Positions 1 through 9,516 of a stretch of DNA of 64,000 nt are shown piece after piece; position 1 is the first letter of the stretch; every line of letters starts with the position of its first letter. The notes beneath the pieces are model-generated. The model had not been told where the DNA came from and made no database searches. It saw only the letters and a list, made by a program, of their open reading frames with translations. The stretch lies in NCBI GenBank assembly GCA_038231015.1, contig JBBRMD010000014.1:31776-95775 (forward strand), read 5' to 3'. A program made the position numbers and the translations under genes. Origin of the DNA: Candidatus Obscuribacterales bacterium (GTDB lineage Bacteria > Cyanobacteriota > Vampirovibrionia > Obscuribacterales > Obscuribacteraceae).

Positions 1-1
1 T

Positions 2-1600
2 CAGCCGAGTGATTGGTACCTGGTATCACTGAAGAGCCCTTCAATGCATTTGGCTGGTGCGGCAATGCCTGGTGTGCCAGGTGTGGTCAATGGTCGCAAT
101 GATCGCATTGCTTTTGGTCTGACTTCATTAAAAGTTGACGTGCAAGACCTCTTCCTTGAGCAGTTCTCGCCGCAGTTTCCGGGCAAATACAAAACCCCAA
201 CAGGCTGGGCCAATGCCAAAGAAATTGTTGAAGAGATTCCGGTGCGATTCTCAAGCTCTTTGGTGCTCACTTCAAATCTCATTCACAAAGTGCTTGAGAC
301 CAGACATGGCCCAGTTCTAATTAAGAACGATCAGAATGCCGTGGCACTTTCTTGGGTTGGTCTATACCAGCCGGAGAAAACTACCGGTTGTCTGGAGACA
401 ATTTATCGCCTTAATCATGCCGCCGACTGGGCGCAGTTTCAGAGTGGAATCGAGCACTATGCTGGTTCGCCGTTTACTTTCTTATACGCCGATAAAAATG
501 GCCACATTGGCTACCAGCAAGGCGGCTCAATTCCTGAACGTAGCACGGTCGGCAAGTCGGGCAAATTTGAATCGTGCTTGCTTAATCCAGGCTGGGTTGC
601 CACCGGAGATTGGGGTGCCAATGTTCTATTTAAAGATATGGAACATGCTTTTGACCCAGCTGAAGGTTACTACGTAGCTAACTTCCGCCAAAGCCACACC
701 GATGTGCCACTCAATCTCAATGTCTATCGCGCGCAGCGAGTGCTCAATGTGCTCGCGTCGTATAAAAAGACTGGGCAAAAACCTGGTTTGCCTGAAATGG
801 CTTTGCTGCAAGGTGATCAACTGGCACCACTTGCACCATTGGTTAAACGCACATTGGCCGAAGCTATCGGCAAGACCGACTCTGTAGATGCTATTCAGTT
901 GAGTGCTCTTGATGCTATTGCCAAATGGGATGGCGTTTTGACTGAAAATAGCAGTGGTGCTGCATTATATGAGTGCTTCATTCGTACTGTTGTTCGTCGC
1001 ATATTAGAGCCTCGACTGGGCTCTCCGCTCACCAATGAATACCTAGAGCGCTACCCAGCTTGGTCGCAAGTAGTTGAGCGTCTCTTGCTCGAAAAGAATG
1101 TTGAGTGGTTGCCATCTGAAGAGCGCACTTTCAAAGGCTTTGTAATCACGTCATTTGGCCAGGCCGTTAAAGACGTTCGTCTGCAGAGCAAGAGTGATGA
1201 ATCAGGTTCATGGAAGTGGGGCGATTTGCACAAGGTTGTGTTTGAGAGCGATATCTTGCGTGGTGCTCCTGGCCTTGCGCCGATTTTAGGCGTGCTTAAC
1301 GGCCCGACTGTGGCAGTTGGTGGTGACCAAGATACTGTTTCAAGTATGGAATCTTCAATGCGTCGCGGCGGTGATCAGTTCATTTGTCGCAGCGGCCCAA
1401 CCATGCGCATTCTGATTGATTTATCTGATAGCGAGAAGTTCTATCAAACTCTCACTCTTGGTCAAAGTGGCAACTTCCTCTCTAATGCGCATTCTGATCA
1501 ATTACGTTCTTGGCTTACCTTGAAACCTCTACCGATTGCTTTCTCTCCTGCTTTAGAGGAGAAGATTTCTCAGCATAGGTTACTCTTCACTGATCGCTAA
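2..1600 (+). CDS. penicillin / acyl-homoserine-lactone acylase family (Ntn hydrolase) protein, 5' end cut by window edge
   Basis: The frame is open from nt 2 with no stop before the first ATG at 44, so the N-terminus lies upstream of the window. Acylase-family blocks are visible: PGVPGVVNGRNDRIAFGLT, FLYADKNGHIGYQ, GPTMRILIDLSD...LTLGQSGN. The stop overlaps the next start (TAATG at 1598-1602). Confidence 0.8.
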   Translation, partial: QPSDWYLVSLKSPSMHLAGAAMPGVPGVVNGRNDRIAFGLTSLKVDVQDLFLEQFSPQFPGKYKTPTGWANAKEIVEEIPVRFSSSLVLTSNLIHKVLETRHGPVLIKNDQNAVALSWVGLYQPEKTTGCLETIYRLNHAADWAQFQSGIEHYAGSPFTFLYADKNGHIGYQQGGSIPERSTVGKSGKFESCLLNPGWVATGDWGANVLFKDMEHAFDPAEGYYVANFRQSHTDVPLNLNVYRAQRVLNVLASYKKTGQKPGLPEMALLQGDQLAPLAPLVKRTLAEAIGKTDSVDAIQLSALDAIAKWDGVLTENSSGAALYECFIRTVVRRILEPRLGSPLTNEYLERYPAWSQVVERLLLEKNVEWLPSEERTFKGFVITSFGQAVKDVRLQSKSDESGSWKWGDLHKVVFESDILRGAPGLAPILGVLNGPTVAVGGDQDTVSSMESSMRRGGDQFICRSGPTMRILIDLSDSEKFYQTLTLGQSGNFLSNAHSDQLRSWLTLKPLPIAFSPALEEKISQHRLLFTDR

Positions 1601-4023
1601 TGAGCAATTTTATTTTTAGCTCAATTGATTGTTTGAAGCGCTCTTTGGGTCTGTCATTGTTGCTTGTCTCGACATTGAATCAAGTAGCATTAGCACAGGT
1701 CTTCAACGATATTGGTGGGCCGCAGAAGTTTAAGCGACCCACTGAAATTAAGTTGACCGATGATGCTCCGGCTCGGTCATTGGGGCCGCCTACACTGAAA
1801 GACGTCTTTCCGTCAATGAACTTGCCTTTCACTCAGCCTCAGCCGCTTTCATTAGAGGGTATGAAACTCTCCGGGCTAGGGCCGAGGAGCACCAAGATTT
1901 TGGGCTTCAATCACTTTGTCGTTCAGCAAGGAACTCCAGAATTTAGCGGAAGTTCTGCTTTATTGTTTAAAGACAACCGCGAAAATTTTCGCAGCAATTT
2001 TGTCACTGCTGATCCTTTTGTTCACGCTTACTTTGTTATAGCCAACACTCTGGCGTTAAAAGTGATCAACGAAACGCTCTATTCTGAGCTGAATACTTTG
2101 TTGCTAGCCCTTGTCGATTCGTGCGTAAAAGATTATCGGGCCTGCGAAATTGATGAAGTAAAAGATGATATTCAGCGCAATTTGGCTTTTGTAATTGTCG
2201 GCCTTAAATTGCTTGATCCGAAAATCGTTTTGGCTGATATGGGTGGTGCTTCTGACTTAGCCCAAACCGAGTTGGCCATCATCGCTAAAGGCAAACGAGC
2301 CCGCTCTGTCATTTTTAACCGCGAGCAAGATTATAGCTGCCTTAATCCTTTGGGCTTTTACACTAGCACTGAGCGCAGCGCTAACTACTATCGATCAGTT
2401 TCTTGGCTGTCGTATATGTATCTTACTCTGTCAGACGTTACCATCGATTCGCAAACTGGTGGTGGTAATAATTTTCGTCGAGCCCTTCTGTTATATCGTG
2501 CTATCGAATTAGGAAAAAGTAGTCGGCAGGCGCCGCTAGCCGGAAACGACCGCTCCAATTCATTGATGCCTAGCTGGCAGCGTATTTGCGATATTAGTTT
2601 GGCAATATCACCAAGTCAACTTACCCGCGAGCAGACTGTCTATCCGCGCGAAATTAAAAGTATGTTTCAAGCAGGAAATCTAGAATTCAAAGATCTCTTA
2701 CAGACTCTTGCTCAGCCACTTTCGCGTGCTCGTCTTTTACTGTCTATCAAAAAGCAACGACCACAAGGTTTAGATGCTGCTTCAATTTTTGAAATGGATA
2801 AGAATCGCGGCCCTGATGAAAATAAGTTGGTATTGCGTTTTCTGCCACCAATCAACAGTTATGAACTAGAGTGGATGCGGTGGCAAACCACAAACTTTAA
2901 AGAAGAAAGTGCAGATGGGTTGGTCGATCCTCTTTCGCTTTATCTCTTATATTCTTGGGGTTCACCTGTGGCTAGTAATATTTTGAACGCCCTTACAGAT
3001 AGGCTCGATCCTAATTTGATGAATACCGCTCCTGAGCTAACCAGAGTAGCTGGGCGTCGTAGAATCGAATCTGACCCAGCCAACGCAGTCTGCCTTGCTG
3101 AGAAACGCTGGGCTGTAATTACTGAATATTTTCGGCCAATGAAGAAAAATTCGCAGCCTTCTCTTCTGGGCGAGAATTGGTCAATTCAACACTTGCTCAG
3201 TGCTTCGGCTGCCTTTGTTGATTCATTCACTGCATACGACCGACCAGCTCTGACGCTAAACACCACTTCAACTATTTCGAACGCGCCTAAGATTAAAGGT
3301 GCTGATGATGCTGAAGGTGCCCAGGTTAAGGCGGTTGGCGAGAAAGCACCTACCCGCAATGAAATGAATGATGCTCAAAGGATGTTTGCGCCTAAGCAAA
3401 CAGTGAAGAAAGCAGCCAACTTTCACTATCTTGAGCCTACGCCTGACCTCTACCGCAAGCTTGGTTGGTTTACACAAGTAACTGCAGCAGACTTGACGAG
3501 ACTAAAGTGCTTTCCTGAGGATATGCGCTCGAGAGAGACTGACTTTGTTAGGTTGTTAGATCGCGTTACCAAAATAGCAGAGCAAGAACTAGCCGTGCAG
3601 CCAATCTCTGCGACAGATTTTAAGTTGTTAGCCAATATCGACCAAATTCTTTCTATCATTTGTCCACCTGAATCGGCCAGTATCTATGTGCCTGGAGCCG
3701 GCGGAGGCGGTGCCAGCATTGGCCCCGGAGACAGCGGTCAAATATATGCCATCTTTAGTACAGACCAAGGGCCTTACCTGAGCCGCGGCACGCTCTATTC
3801 ATATTATGAAGCTGCTGGTGGCCCCTTCAAACAACAGCACTGGGACCGTAAACAAGGGTTTGGATTTTTAAAACCACCGGGTTGGGTTTCGAAAATCGAT
3901 ATACTTTCTGAAACCAAAGCTGAGTCTAAACCTGAATCAAAATCTGGGTCTAAGCCCGTGACTAAACCAGTTTCTGGTTCTGTTGCTCCAGTTCAGCAGC
4001 CAATTAAACAAGGAAATAAGTAG
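1600..4023 (+). CDS. large exported hypothetical protein (807 aa) with K/S/P-rich C-terminal tail
   Basis: Long uninterrupted ORF with an N-terminal hydrophobic signal-like segment (LGLSLLLVSTLNQVALA). The start overlaps the acylase stop by 1 nt. I do not recognise the family with confidence; it may be DUF3160-like, but that is only a recollection. Confidence 0.6.
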   Translation: MSNFIFSSIDCLKRSLGLSLLLVSTLNQVALAQVFNDIGGPQKFKRPTEIKLTDDAPARSLGPPTLKDVFPSMNLPFTQPQPLSLEGMKLSGLGPRSTKILGFNHFVVQQGTPEFSGSSALLFKDNRENFRSNFVTADPFVHAYFVIANTLALKVINETLYSELNTLLLALVDSCVKDYRACEIDEVKDDIQRNLAFVIVGLKLLDPKIVLADMGGASDLAQTELAIIAKGKRARSVIFNREQDYSCLNPLGFYTSTERSANYYRSVSWLSYMYLTLSDVTIDSQTGGGNNFRRALLLYRAIELGKSSRQAPLAGNDRSNSLMPSWQRICDISLAISPSQLTREQTVYPREIKSMFQAGNLEFKDLLQTLAQPLSRARLLLSIKKQRPQGLDAASIFEMDKNRGPDENKLVLRFLPPINSYELEWMRWQTTNFKEESADGLVDPLSLYLLYSWGSPVASNILNALTDRLDPNLMNTAPELTRVAGRRRIESDPANAVCLAEKRWAVITEYFRPMKKNSQPSLLGENWSIQHLLSASAAFVDSFTAYDRPALTLNTTSTISNAPKIKGADDAEGAQVKAVGEKAPTRNEMNDAQRMFAPKQTVKKAANFHYLEPTPDLYRKLGWFTQVTAADLTRLKCFPEDMRSRETDFVRLLDRVTKIAEQELAVQPISATDFKLLANIDQILSIICPPESASIYVPGAGGGGASIGPGDSGQIYAIFSTDQGPYLSRGTLYSYYEAAGGPFKQQHWDRKQGFGFLKPPGWVSKIDILSETKAESKPESKSGSKPVTKPVSGSVAPVQQPIKQGNK

Positions 4024-4700
4024 TGAAAAAAAGTCTTTTATCGTGCACTCTAATGCTCATTGCTCTAATAGTAGGTGATTTAATAGTAGGTGAACCTGCC
4101 GGAGCCGAGACAAAAGCGGCACCAGCCGCAGGTAGTAATGCCGCTATTTCGGTCGTCAGTGCTGTATTACCTGAGAGCGATCTAAAAAGCGAAATTCGCG
4201 ACCTGCATGAAAATCTGCGCCGTATAGAAAGCGCCTTGCATGACCTTGACCGTGAGGCTGGACGTCGTCAGGTTATTGGTAATAGTCTTTATAACAACGA
4301 TGCATTTATTGCTGATCCGTGGATGGGCTGCATGGCTTGTGGACTGCCCAGCATGATGACCGATAGCACCAGACTCGGTGCCTATTTAAAACCACGCGCC
4401 TCTTTCCTTAAGCTTTCTTTGACTTCGCTTGATTCGCTTTCGGCCTCGGTGCACACCATTGTGGTAACTCTTGCTAAAGACCCAACAATCGCCGGCGATA
4501 CCAAGGCGAGAGTTGACGCCGATGTTTTGGGAGACGCTTTGAAGAATTTTGACGCTCAGCTGGTTTCTCTTAAAGCGCTCTGTAATGTCGATGCTCCTGA
4601 CAATGCGCAAATACTCATGGCCGTCGGTACATTGAAGCAAACAGTTGATGGTATTGATACTGTCGGCGGTCGTCTTTGGAAGGCAGAGAAGAGCAAATAG
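4023..4700 (+). CDS. exported hypothetical protein (225 aa)
   Basis: GTG start overlapping the upstream stop (TAGTG at 4021-4025). Signal-like N-terminus (LLSCTLMLIALIVGDLIVGEPAGA). No recognisable domain. Confidence 0.5.
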   Translation: MKKSLLSCTLMLIALIVGDLIVGEPAGAETKAAPAAGSNAAISVVSAVLPESDLKSEIRDLHENLRRIESALHDLDREAGRRQVIGNSLYNNDAFIADPWMGCMACGLPSMMTDSTRLGAYLKPRASFLKLSLTSLDSLSASVHTIVVTLAKDPTIAGDTKARVDADVLGDALKNFDAQLVSLKALCNVDAPDNAQILMAVGTLKQTVDGIDTVGGRLWKAEKSK

Positions 4701-4896
4701 ACTTTTGTCGCCAGTTTGGAAGAGCTAAAAGGGATCTTATTTTGTTTTATTAAAATGACTATTGTCAGACTGGCGGCTCTTTATCGGCTTTTAATGCAAA
4801 AGATATCTAGTCGCTCCCTTGTCAATGCGCTGAAACCCTAATACCATGCTGCTCTAGGTGTTTATCCTAAGTGGTTTATAGTCGTTCAAATTCAGA

Positions 4897-5835
4897 GTGT
4901 CATTAATAAGTTCCATGATTGATTTCAAAGGCATCACTGAAGACATCGCTAATCCTGGTTTTCAGAGCGTTGGTTCTGCTCCAAGTGCAGTGCAAGTAGA
5001 ACTTAGACAAGCCGTCGATTATTTTAAAATGGCTATGGAGTATCTCACTCAAGGCCGCTTCGACGATGCTGAACAACTTTATCGCATGGCTCTCAATGTT
5101 TCTGAGACAGCGATGGGCATGGATAATCCAGCGATTATTGGCCATTTAGAAGAGCTCTCCAACTTTTATATGAATAGAGCTAAGTTTGTCGAAGCTGAGC
5201 CCTACCTTAAACGCATCTACGCCTTGCGTATTAATAGCCAGCAAAGCGATGCAAATTATTTTGTCTCTTTGGCCGACACTATCGATAAGTTGGCTCTTGT
5301 TTTTGAGCGCACTGCACGCCCAGGCGAAGCTGAGAAACTCTATCTCAATTTATTGCGCAGTCAAGAGAAACTTCACGGTGGCCAAGACAGTACAACTTTA
5401 GATGCACTAAGCCGCCTCGGCAATTTCTACCAGCGCACGGGTGTCCATGCTGCAGCTAGAGCTGTATTTGAAGAGTTGCTTGAAATTCAATCGACTGTTT
5501 GCGGTGCCAACAGTGCTGAAGTTGGAGTCGTGCTTTCTAGCCTTTCTGTTGTTTATGGCAAGCTCGAACTATATATGGAACAGATTGATGTTCTTGAGCG
5601 CCAAGTGCAAGTTCTTGACACCATTCATGGTGGCTGTGGTTTATCCCTTGCCAGTGCACTTTCGCGCTTAGCCGATGTTCTATCGGGTGCTGTGAGGTTG
5701 ACTGGCTGTAAAGAACTTTTAGAGCGGGCTGAGCTTGTTTATCGCCGTGCTCTTTCTATCTATGAAAAGCACTACGGGCCTTCAACAGCGACAGTTGAAA
5801 ATCTGCGTTTGCGCCTCAAAAAGTTATCTAGCTAA
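4897..5835 (+). CDS. tetratricopeptide-repeat protein (kinesin-light-chain-like TPR)
   Basis: Repeated approximately 42-aa TPR-like units (AEQLYRMALNV...; AEPYLKRIYALR...; AEKLYLNLLRSQ...; AELVYRRALSIYEK). The start may be GTG 4897 or ATG 4915. Confidence 0.7.
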   Translation: MSLISSMIDFKGITEDIANPGFQSVGSAPSAVQVELRQAVDYFKMAMEYLTQGRFDDAEQLYRMALNVSETAMGMDNPAIIGHLEELSNFYMNRAKFVEAEPYLKRIYALRINSQQSDANYFVSLADTIDKLALVFERTARPGEAEKLYLNLLRSQEKLHGGQDSTTLDALSRLGNFYQRTGVHAAARAVFEELLEIQSTVCGANSAEVGVVLSSLSVVYGKLELYMEQIDVLERQVQVLDTIHGGCGLSLASALSRLADVLSGAVRLTGCKELLERAELVYRRALSIYEKHYGPSTATVENLRLRLKKLSS

Positions 5836-5866
5836 GACTTATCTAGCTAAGATTTATCTAGCTAGG
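5824..5866. repeat. three tandem 15-nt units (TTATCTAGCTAAGAC / TTATCTAGCTAAGAT / TTATCTAGCTAGG) carrying the stops of two convergent genes
   Basis: Read directly from the sequence. Unit 1 contains the TAA (5833-5835) of the TPR gene. Unit 3 contains the complement of the TAA (5854-5856) of the SpoIID gene. In the + frame there are three stops at 15-nt spacing (5833, 5848, 5863). Confidence 0.85.
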
Positions 5867-7239
5867 CCGTCAGAGCTAGTTTTTTCTTCGGTTTTCTTCT
5901 CTTCGACACGCTTGTCTTCTGCGTGTTTTTCTTGTTCGATCAGACCTTTTGAATACTCAATTTTACTGTTTGCTTTTTTGACCACTTTTGGTCTTTGTGG
6001 GGCATACATTTGATATCCAACATTGTCGATGAAACCTAGTTGTAGCTTGCCATCAACGTCTTGATAGTACTGTTGCAAAATTCGATCGAAAGTCCAGCCG
6101 CGTTTGGCGAACATATTTGCACCATGTTGGCTGAGGCCGCGGGCACCATTGCCCGGTCCGCGATAGGTGAAGACCCAGTTGGCGCCTTCGTCATGCACGT
6201 CGAGAATTCCGGCTGTCGCAAAATTGAGCATGCGCGCTAGTAAAATGCCGTCAACTTCGCGGCTATTTTTGACACCCATTACTTGAATGTGAGTAGCGTT
6301 GCCCACTGCATCCCAGCGTTTCACTGTTACTCCAACAATGCCTTTGATACCAGTGATTTTTTCAAGATAGCTCTGCGAAACAACACCTTTTTTGATGTTG
6401 AGATTTTCCATATCGTCGCCGACCCAAGCGCGGTAGAAACCCGGTTTGACCTTGTCGGCATTTTTTAGAATTAGACCTTGAGTTTGCATGACTGCCCGAC
6501 AAGTTGAATCAGCCTCAGCGGCTAGACCTTTGTAGGCTTGGTCGCGCACGTCGGGCACCATGTCAAAGCCTTCACTCTTCCATTTAGACCCTTTACCCAT
6601 ATGAGCATAGGCATAGCTGCGAGCCGCTACAGCCTGACATTTAAGGGCCTCTGGTGCCCAGCTAGATGGCATTTCAGAAGGCACTACGCCGAGTAAATAT
6701 TGTTCTAGGTCGAGCAAATTCACAGCTGTAACATAAGTCGGCATGTTGATAATTTCTAGGCAACCGCGCCACCAACGGTTAACTGTCCAAACTCTAAAAT
6801 CGGGCGCTGAAATATGACAGCGCTGATCGTAGGGAAGCGCACAGCTGCGACCGGTGCCCAGCTCGGTGATTTTGCCCGGGGTAATCGTATATACCATTCT
6901 CGGTTCTAAGGCAAAAATTGGGATGCCATTAACAAAGACAGCTCCAGGTTCCCAGATTGCCACCCTGATCGAATGTGCTTTGGTGTTTAGGCCGATGCGT
7001 ACAGCGTGAGGCATGACCGGATATGGGTTGAAGTTCGGCATTCCAACCATAGAGCCTTTTGCGCTATTGGTGCTCTTTGCATCTGCTTGAAGTTCGAGAT
7101 TGTTTGAGGCGAGATTACTAAGCAGCGCAATTGCAGTAAAGCCAAGAGCCCATCTTGCTTTTATCCAGCTCAAAAGTGCTGGAGAGTTGTTAAGTTGATT
7201 ATATTTCTGGGGCTTCAAGTGAGATACCGCTGAAGTCAA
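5854..7239 (-). CDS. SpoIID/LytB domain protein (peptidoglycan lytic transglycosylase / amidase enhancer family)
   Basis: Family signature LDLEQYLLGVVPSEMPSSWAPEALKCQAVAARSYAYAH. N-terminal membrane anchor or signal. K/E-rich C-terminal tail. Confidence 0.85.
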   Translation of the reverse strand: MTSAVSHLKPQKYNQLNNSPALLSWIKARWALGFTAIALLSNLASNNLELQADAKSTNSAKGSMVGMPNFNPYPVMPHAVRIGLNTKAHSIRVAIWEPGAVFVNGIPIFALEPRMVYTITPGKITELGTGRSCALPYDQRCHISAPDFRVWTVNRWWRGCLEIINMPTYVTAVNLLDLEQYLLGVVPSEMPSSWAPEALKCQAVAARSYAYAHMGKGSKWKSEGFDMVPDVRDQAYKGLAAEADSTCRAVMQTQGLILKNADKVKPGFYRAWVGDDMENLNIKKGVVSQSYLEKITGIKGIVGVTVKRWDAVGNATHIQVMGVKNSREVDGILLARMLNFATAGILDVHDEGANWVFTYRGPGNGARGLSQHGANMFAKRGWTFDRILQQYYQDVDGKLQLGFIDNVGYQMYAPQRPKVVKKANSKIEYSKGLIEQEKHAEDKRVEEKKTEEKTSSDGLAR

Positions 7240-7268
7240 TACGCCGAGGATAATACGACGATGATACT

Positions 7269-8000
7269 ATGAAGGCTCCAACAATTTCCCTGTTGCCCCC
7301 CTCGAAGAATTGTCCCTTGAAGAAACTGCTAATAGTTGATGATGAAGTAGATATTGCCACCAGTATTCAGTATGTTCTGAATCAGGAAGGCTTTGCTACG
7401 CTGCTTGCCCATGATGGCATTAAGGCCATTCAGCTTTTCGAGCATGAGAAACCAGATTTGGTTATTCTCGATTTAATGATGCCCGGCCTCGATGGTTACG
7501 AGGTCTGCCGTCGGGTTAGGGCCTTCGATAAGCGCACCCCTATTTTAATGTTGACTGCCCGCACCTCTGAAATTGACACAGTTGTCGGTTTAGAGCTGGG
7601 TGCAAATGACTATATTGCCAAGCCGGTCAGGCTGCGTGAGCTGGTGGCCAGGGTTAAAGCTCATTTGCGTGAAGCGCCGCAGGTGCAAGAAGTCACCAAG
7701 GGTATTCGTCTTGGTGACCTATTCATCGATACTGACAGTCGCACAGTTTTGGTGGGCGATAAGCCAATCGAACTAACTTTTAAAGAGTTCGAGCTGCTTT
7801 TTGCCATGGCTCGTCAGCCTAACCGCGTCTTTTCACGCGACCAGCTATTTGCCCAGGTTTGGGGCTCCGATTTTCTCGGCGAAAGCCGCACTGTAGACGT
7901 GCACATTAGATATTTGCGGGAAAAACTCGAGGCCAATCCGAGTCAGCCCAAACATATTCTGACCGTGCGCGGTGTGGGCTATCGTCTAGTCTGGGATTAA
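7269..8000 (+). CDS. OmpR/PhoB-family response regulator (receiver + winged-helix DNA-binding domain)
   Basis: Receiver motifs LLIVDDE and DLVILDLMMPGLDG, K in ANDYIAKP, and C-terminal winged helix (LTFKEFELL...VDVHIRYLREKL...TVRGVGYRL). There is no adjacent histidine kinase. Confidence 0.9.
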   Translation: MKAPTISLLPPSKNCPLKKLLIVDDEVDIATSIQYVLNQEGFATLLAHDGIKAIQLFEHEKPDLVILDLMMPGLDGYEVCRRVRAFDKRTPILMLTARTSEIDTVVGLELGANDYIAKPVRLRELVARVKAHLREAPQVQEVTKGIRLGDLFIDTDSRTVLVGDKPIELTFKEFELLFAMARQPNRVFSRDQLFAQVWGSDFLGESRTVDVHIRYLREKLEANPSQPKHILTVRGVGYRLVWD

Positions 8001-8192
8001 TGTCCGGCAAATCTTAGATTAAGCAACGATTTAATCTTTCTTTTTATCGTATTTCTCCCACTTCATTGTGGCAAATGGCCCTTTCTGGTTTGCCGTTGCG
8101 TATTCTTCCCAGTGACATGTCCTGTGCCATTTCATAGACTAAGTCAGTAGGCAATGAACTGGCGTAACTTTCTTTGGCGGAACAGGTAACAA

Positions 8193-9350
8193 ATGAAATC
8201 ACATGCATTTCTAGTCGGCGTAAACGTTGCAGCTTCCATTCCTTTAGTGCTTGCACCTCAGGCGATGGCTAGTGACAACATGAGCGGAACAGCCAGTTTC
8301 CTCAAGGCCGCTGTTGGCGAAAAAGCCACTGCTCGCTCGCTTTCAGGTGATCTTCAATCAGCTCCAGTGCTCGCCTCGAAGCGTCTGCCAATCAGACGTA
8401 GTCTTACTCCAGTCAGTCTCTCTTCGCCACAATCTGTTAACGCCCGTTTGGCAATGTCACCTGTAGCAGGCGCTACTAAGCTAAGACCATTCGTGGCTGG
8501 CCGTAAATTGCCTAGCCGCAACCAACTGCAAACACAAATGCCTCAGCTCGACAACAGCGCCCAGCCTAGTTTGGCTGGCTCTATTAACGAGGCTACTTTT
8601 GCTCCGCAGACCAACAACTCTTATGACTCTGGCTACGGCAACACTGCCTACGCTCAGCCTACCCAAGCAGCACCTGCAGCTGCCAATCGCAGCCGCATGC
8701 GCCAGGCTGCCGATATCGTTGCCAGCTTCCAACGCAAGCACGCCGCTCGCTCGTTGCCTGGTCAATCACCAGCTACACCTGGTCAAGTTGGCTTTCCTTG
8801 TGCTCAACAAGCTGTCAATCCTAGTGAAGCCGAATGGACACAAATGGCTCGCACTGCCGGAAACAATGATAATGCTGAAATGGCAAGTTTGGCTCAAGAC
8901 TTCGCTGCTAGTCAAGCACACGGTCAAGGCGCTCCATCAGCTGGAACTGCAGGTCCTGCACCTTTCCCGCTAAGCTTGATTCCACAGTCTTCCCTCAAGC
9001 AGTTGATAGGCAGCACTGCCAAAGGTTCTCCTGCTGTCGCTAGTCACGGCGCTGGTCGCCAACAAGCAGCAATGACTCCGAGCTACTTTGGCTCATGGCG
9101 TCAAGGTCAGACTCCTGTGGCTCATGGCCGCGGTGGCAACTTGCAGCCTTCTGGTTTCCATACATATTTGGCTGCTGGTCAAGCAAGCAAGACCACGACT
9201 GCCAGTGCTTTCAAATCTTATTCTCCGATGACCTACAAAGCTACCCGCAGAGTTGCTCCTCAAATGAGCACAATGATCAAGAAAGTAGCTCCAGTAGCCG
9301 CTGCTCCTTATGTTGCTACTTATGGAACCTACCACTCACCTGCTCTATAG
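8193..9350 (+). CDS. exported A/P/Q/S-rich low-complexity hypothetical protein
   Basis: Signal-like N-terminus (FLVGVNVAASIPLVLAPQAMA). Long ORF followed by a hairpin terminator. No domain recognised. Confidence 0.5.
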   Translation: MKSHAFLVGVNVAASIPLVLAPQAMASDNMSGTASFLKAAVGEKATARSLSGDLQSAPVLASKRLPIRRSLTPVSLSSPQSVNARLAMSPVAGATKLRPFVAGRKLPSRNQLQTQMPQLDNSAQPSLAGSINEATFAPQTNNSYDSGYGNTAYAQPTQAAPAAANRSRMRQAADIVASFQRKHAARSLPGQSPATPGQVGFPCAQQAVNPSEAEWTQMARTAGNNDNAEMASLAQDFAASQAHGQGAPSAGTAGPAPFPLSLIPQSSLKQLIGSTAKGSPAVASHGAGRQQAAMTPSYFGSWRQGQTPVAHGRGGNLQPSGFHTYLAAGQASKTTTASAFKSYSPMTYKATRRVAPQMSTMIKKVAPVAAAPYVATYGTYHSPAL

Positions 9351-9390
9351 ACTGTACTGAGCGTTAACAGACTGAGTTGAAATCAATTAA

Positions 9391-9420
9391 AGAGGTGCCC
9401 GGCGCCTCTTTTTGCTTTTT
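9391..9420 (+). terminator. rho-independent terminator candidate
   Basis: AGAGGTGC-CCG-GCGCCTCT hairpin (9391-9409, 8 bp including one G-U) followed by TTTTGCTTTTT. Confidence 0.6.
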
Positions 9421-9516
9421 GCCGATGTCCAGAAAAATCGGTTACTGGATATATATTTGAACAAGTACAATAGGTCTTCCTGAAGGCTGTAACGCCAAAG
9501 CACTTCTGTCGAGGTT

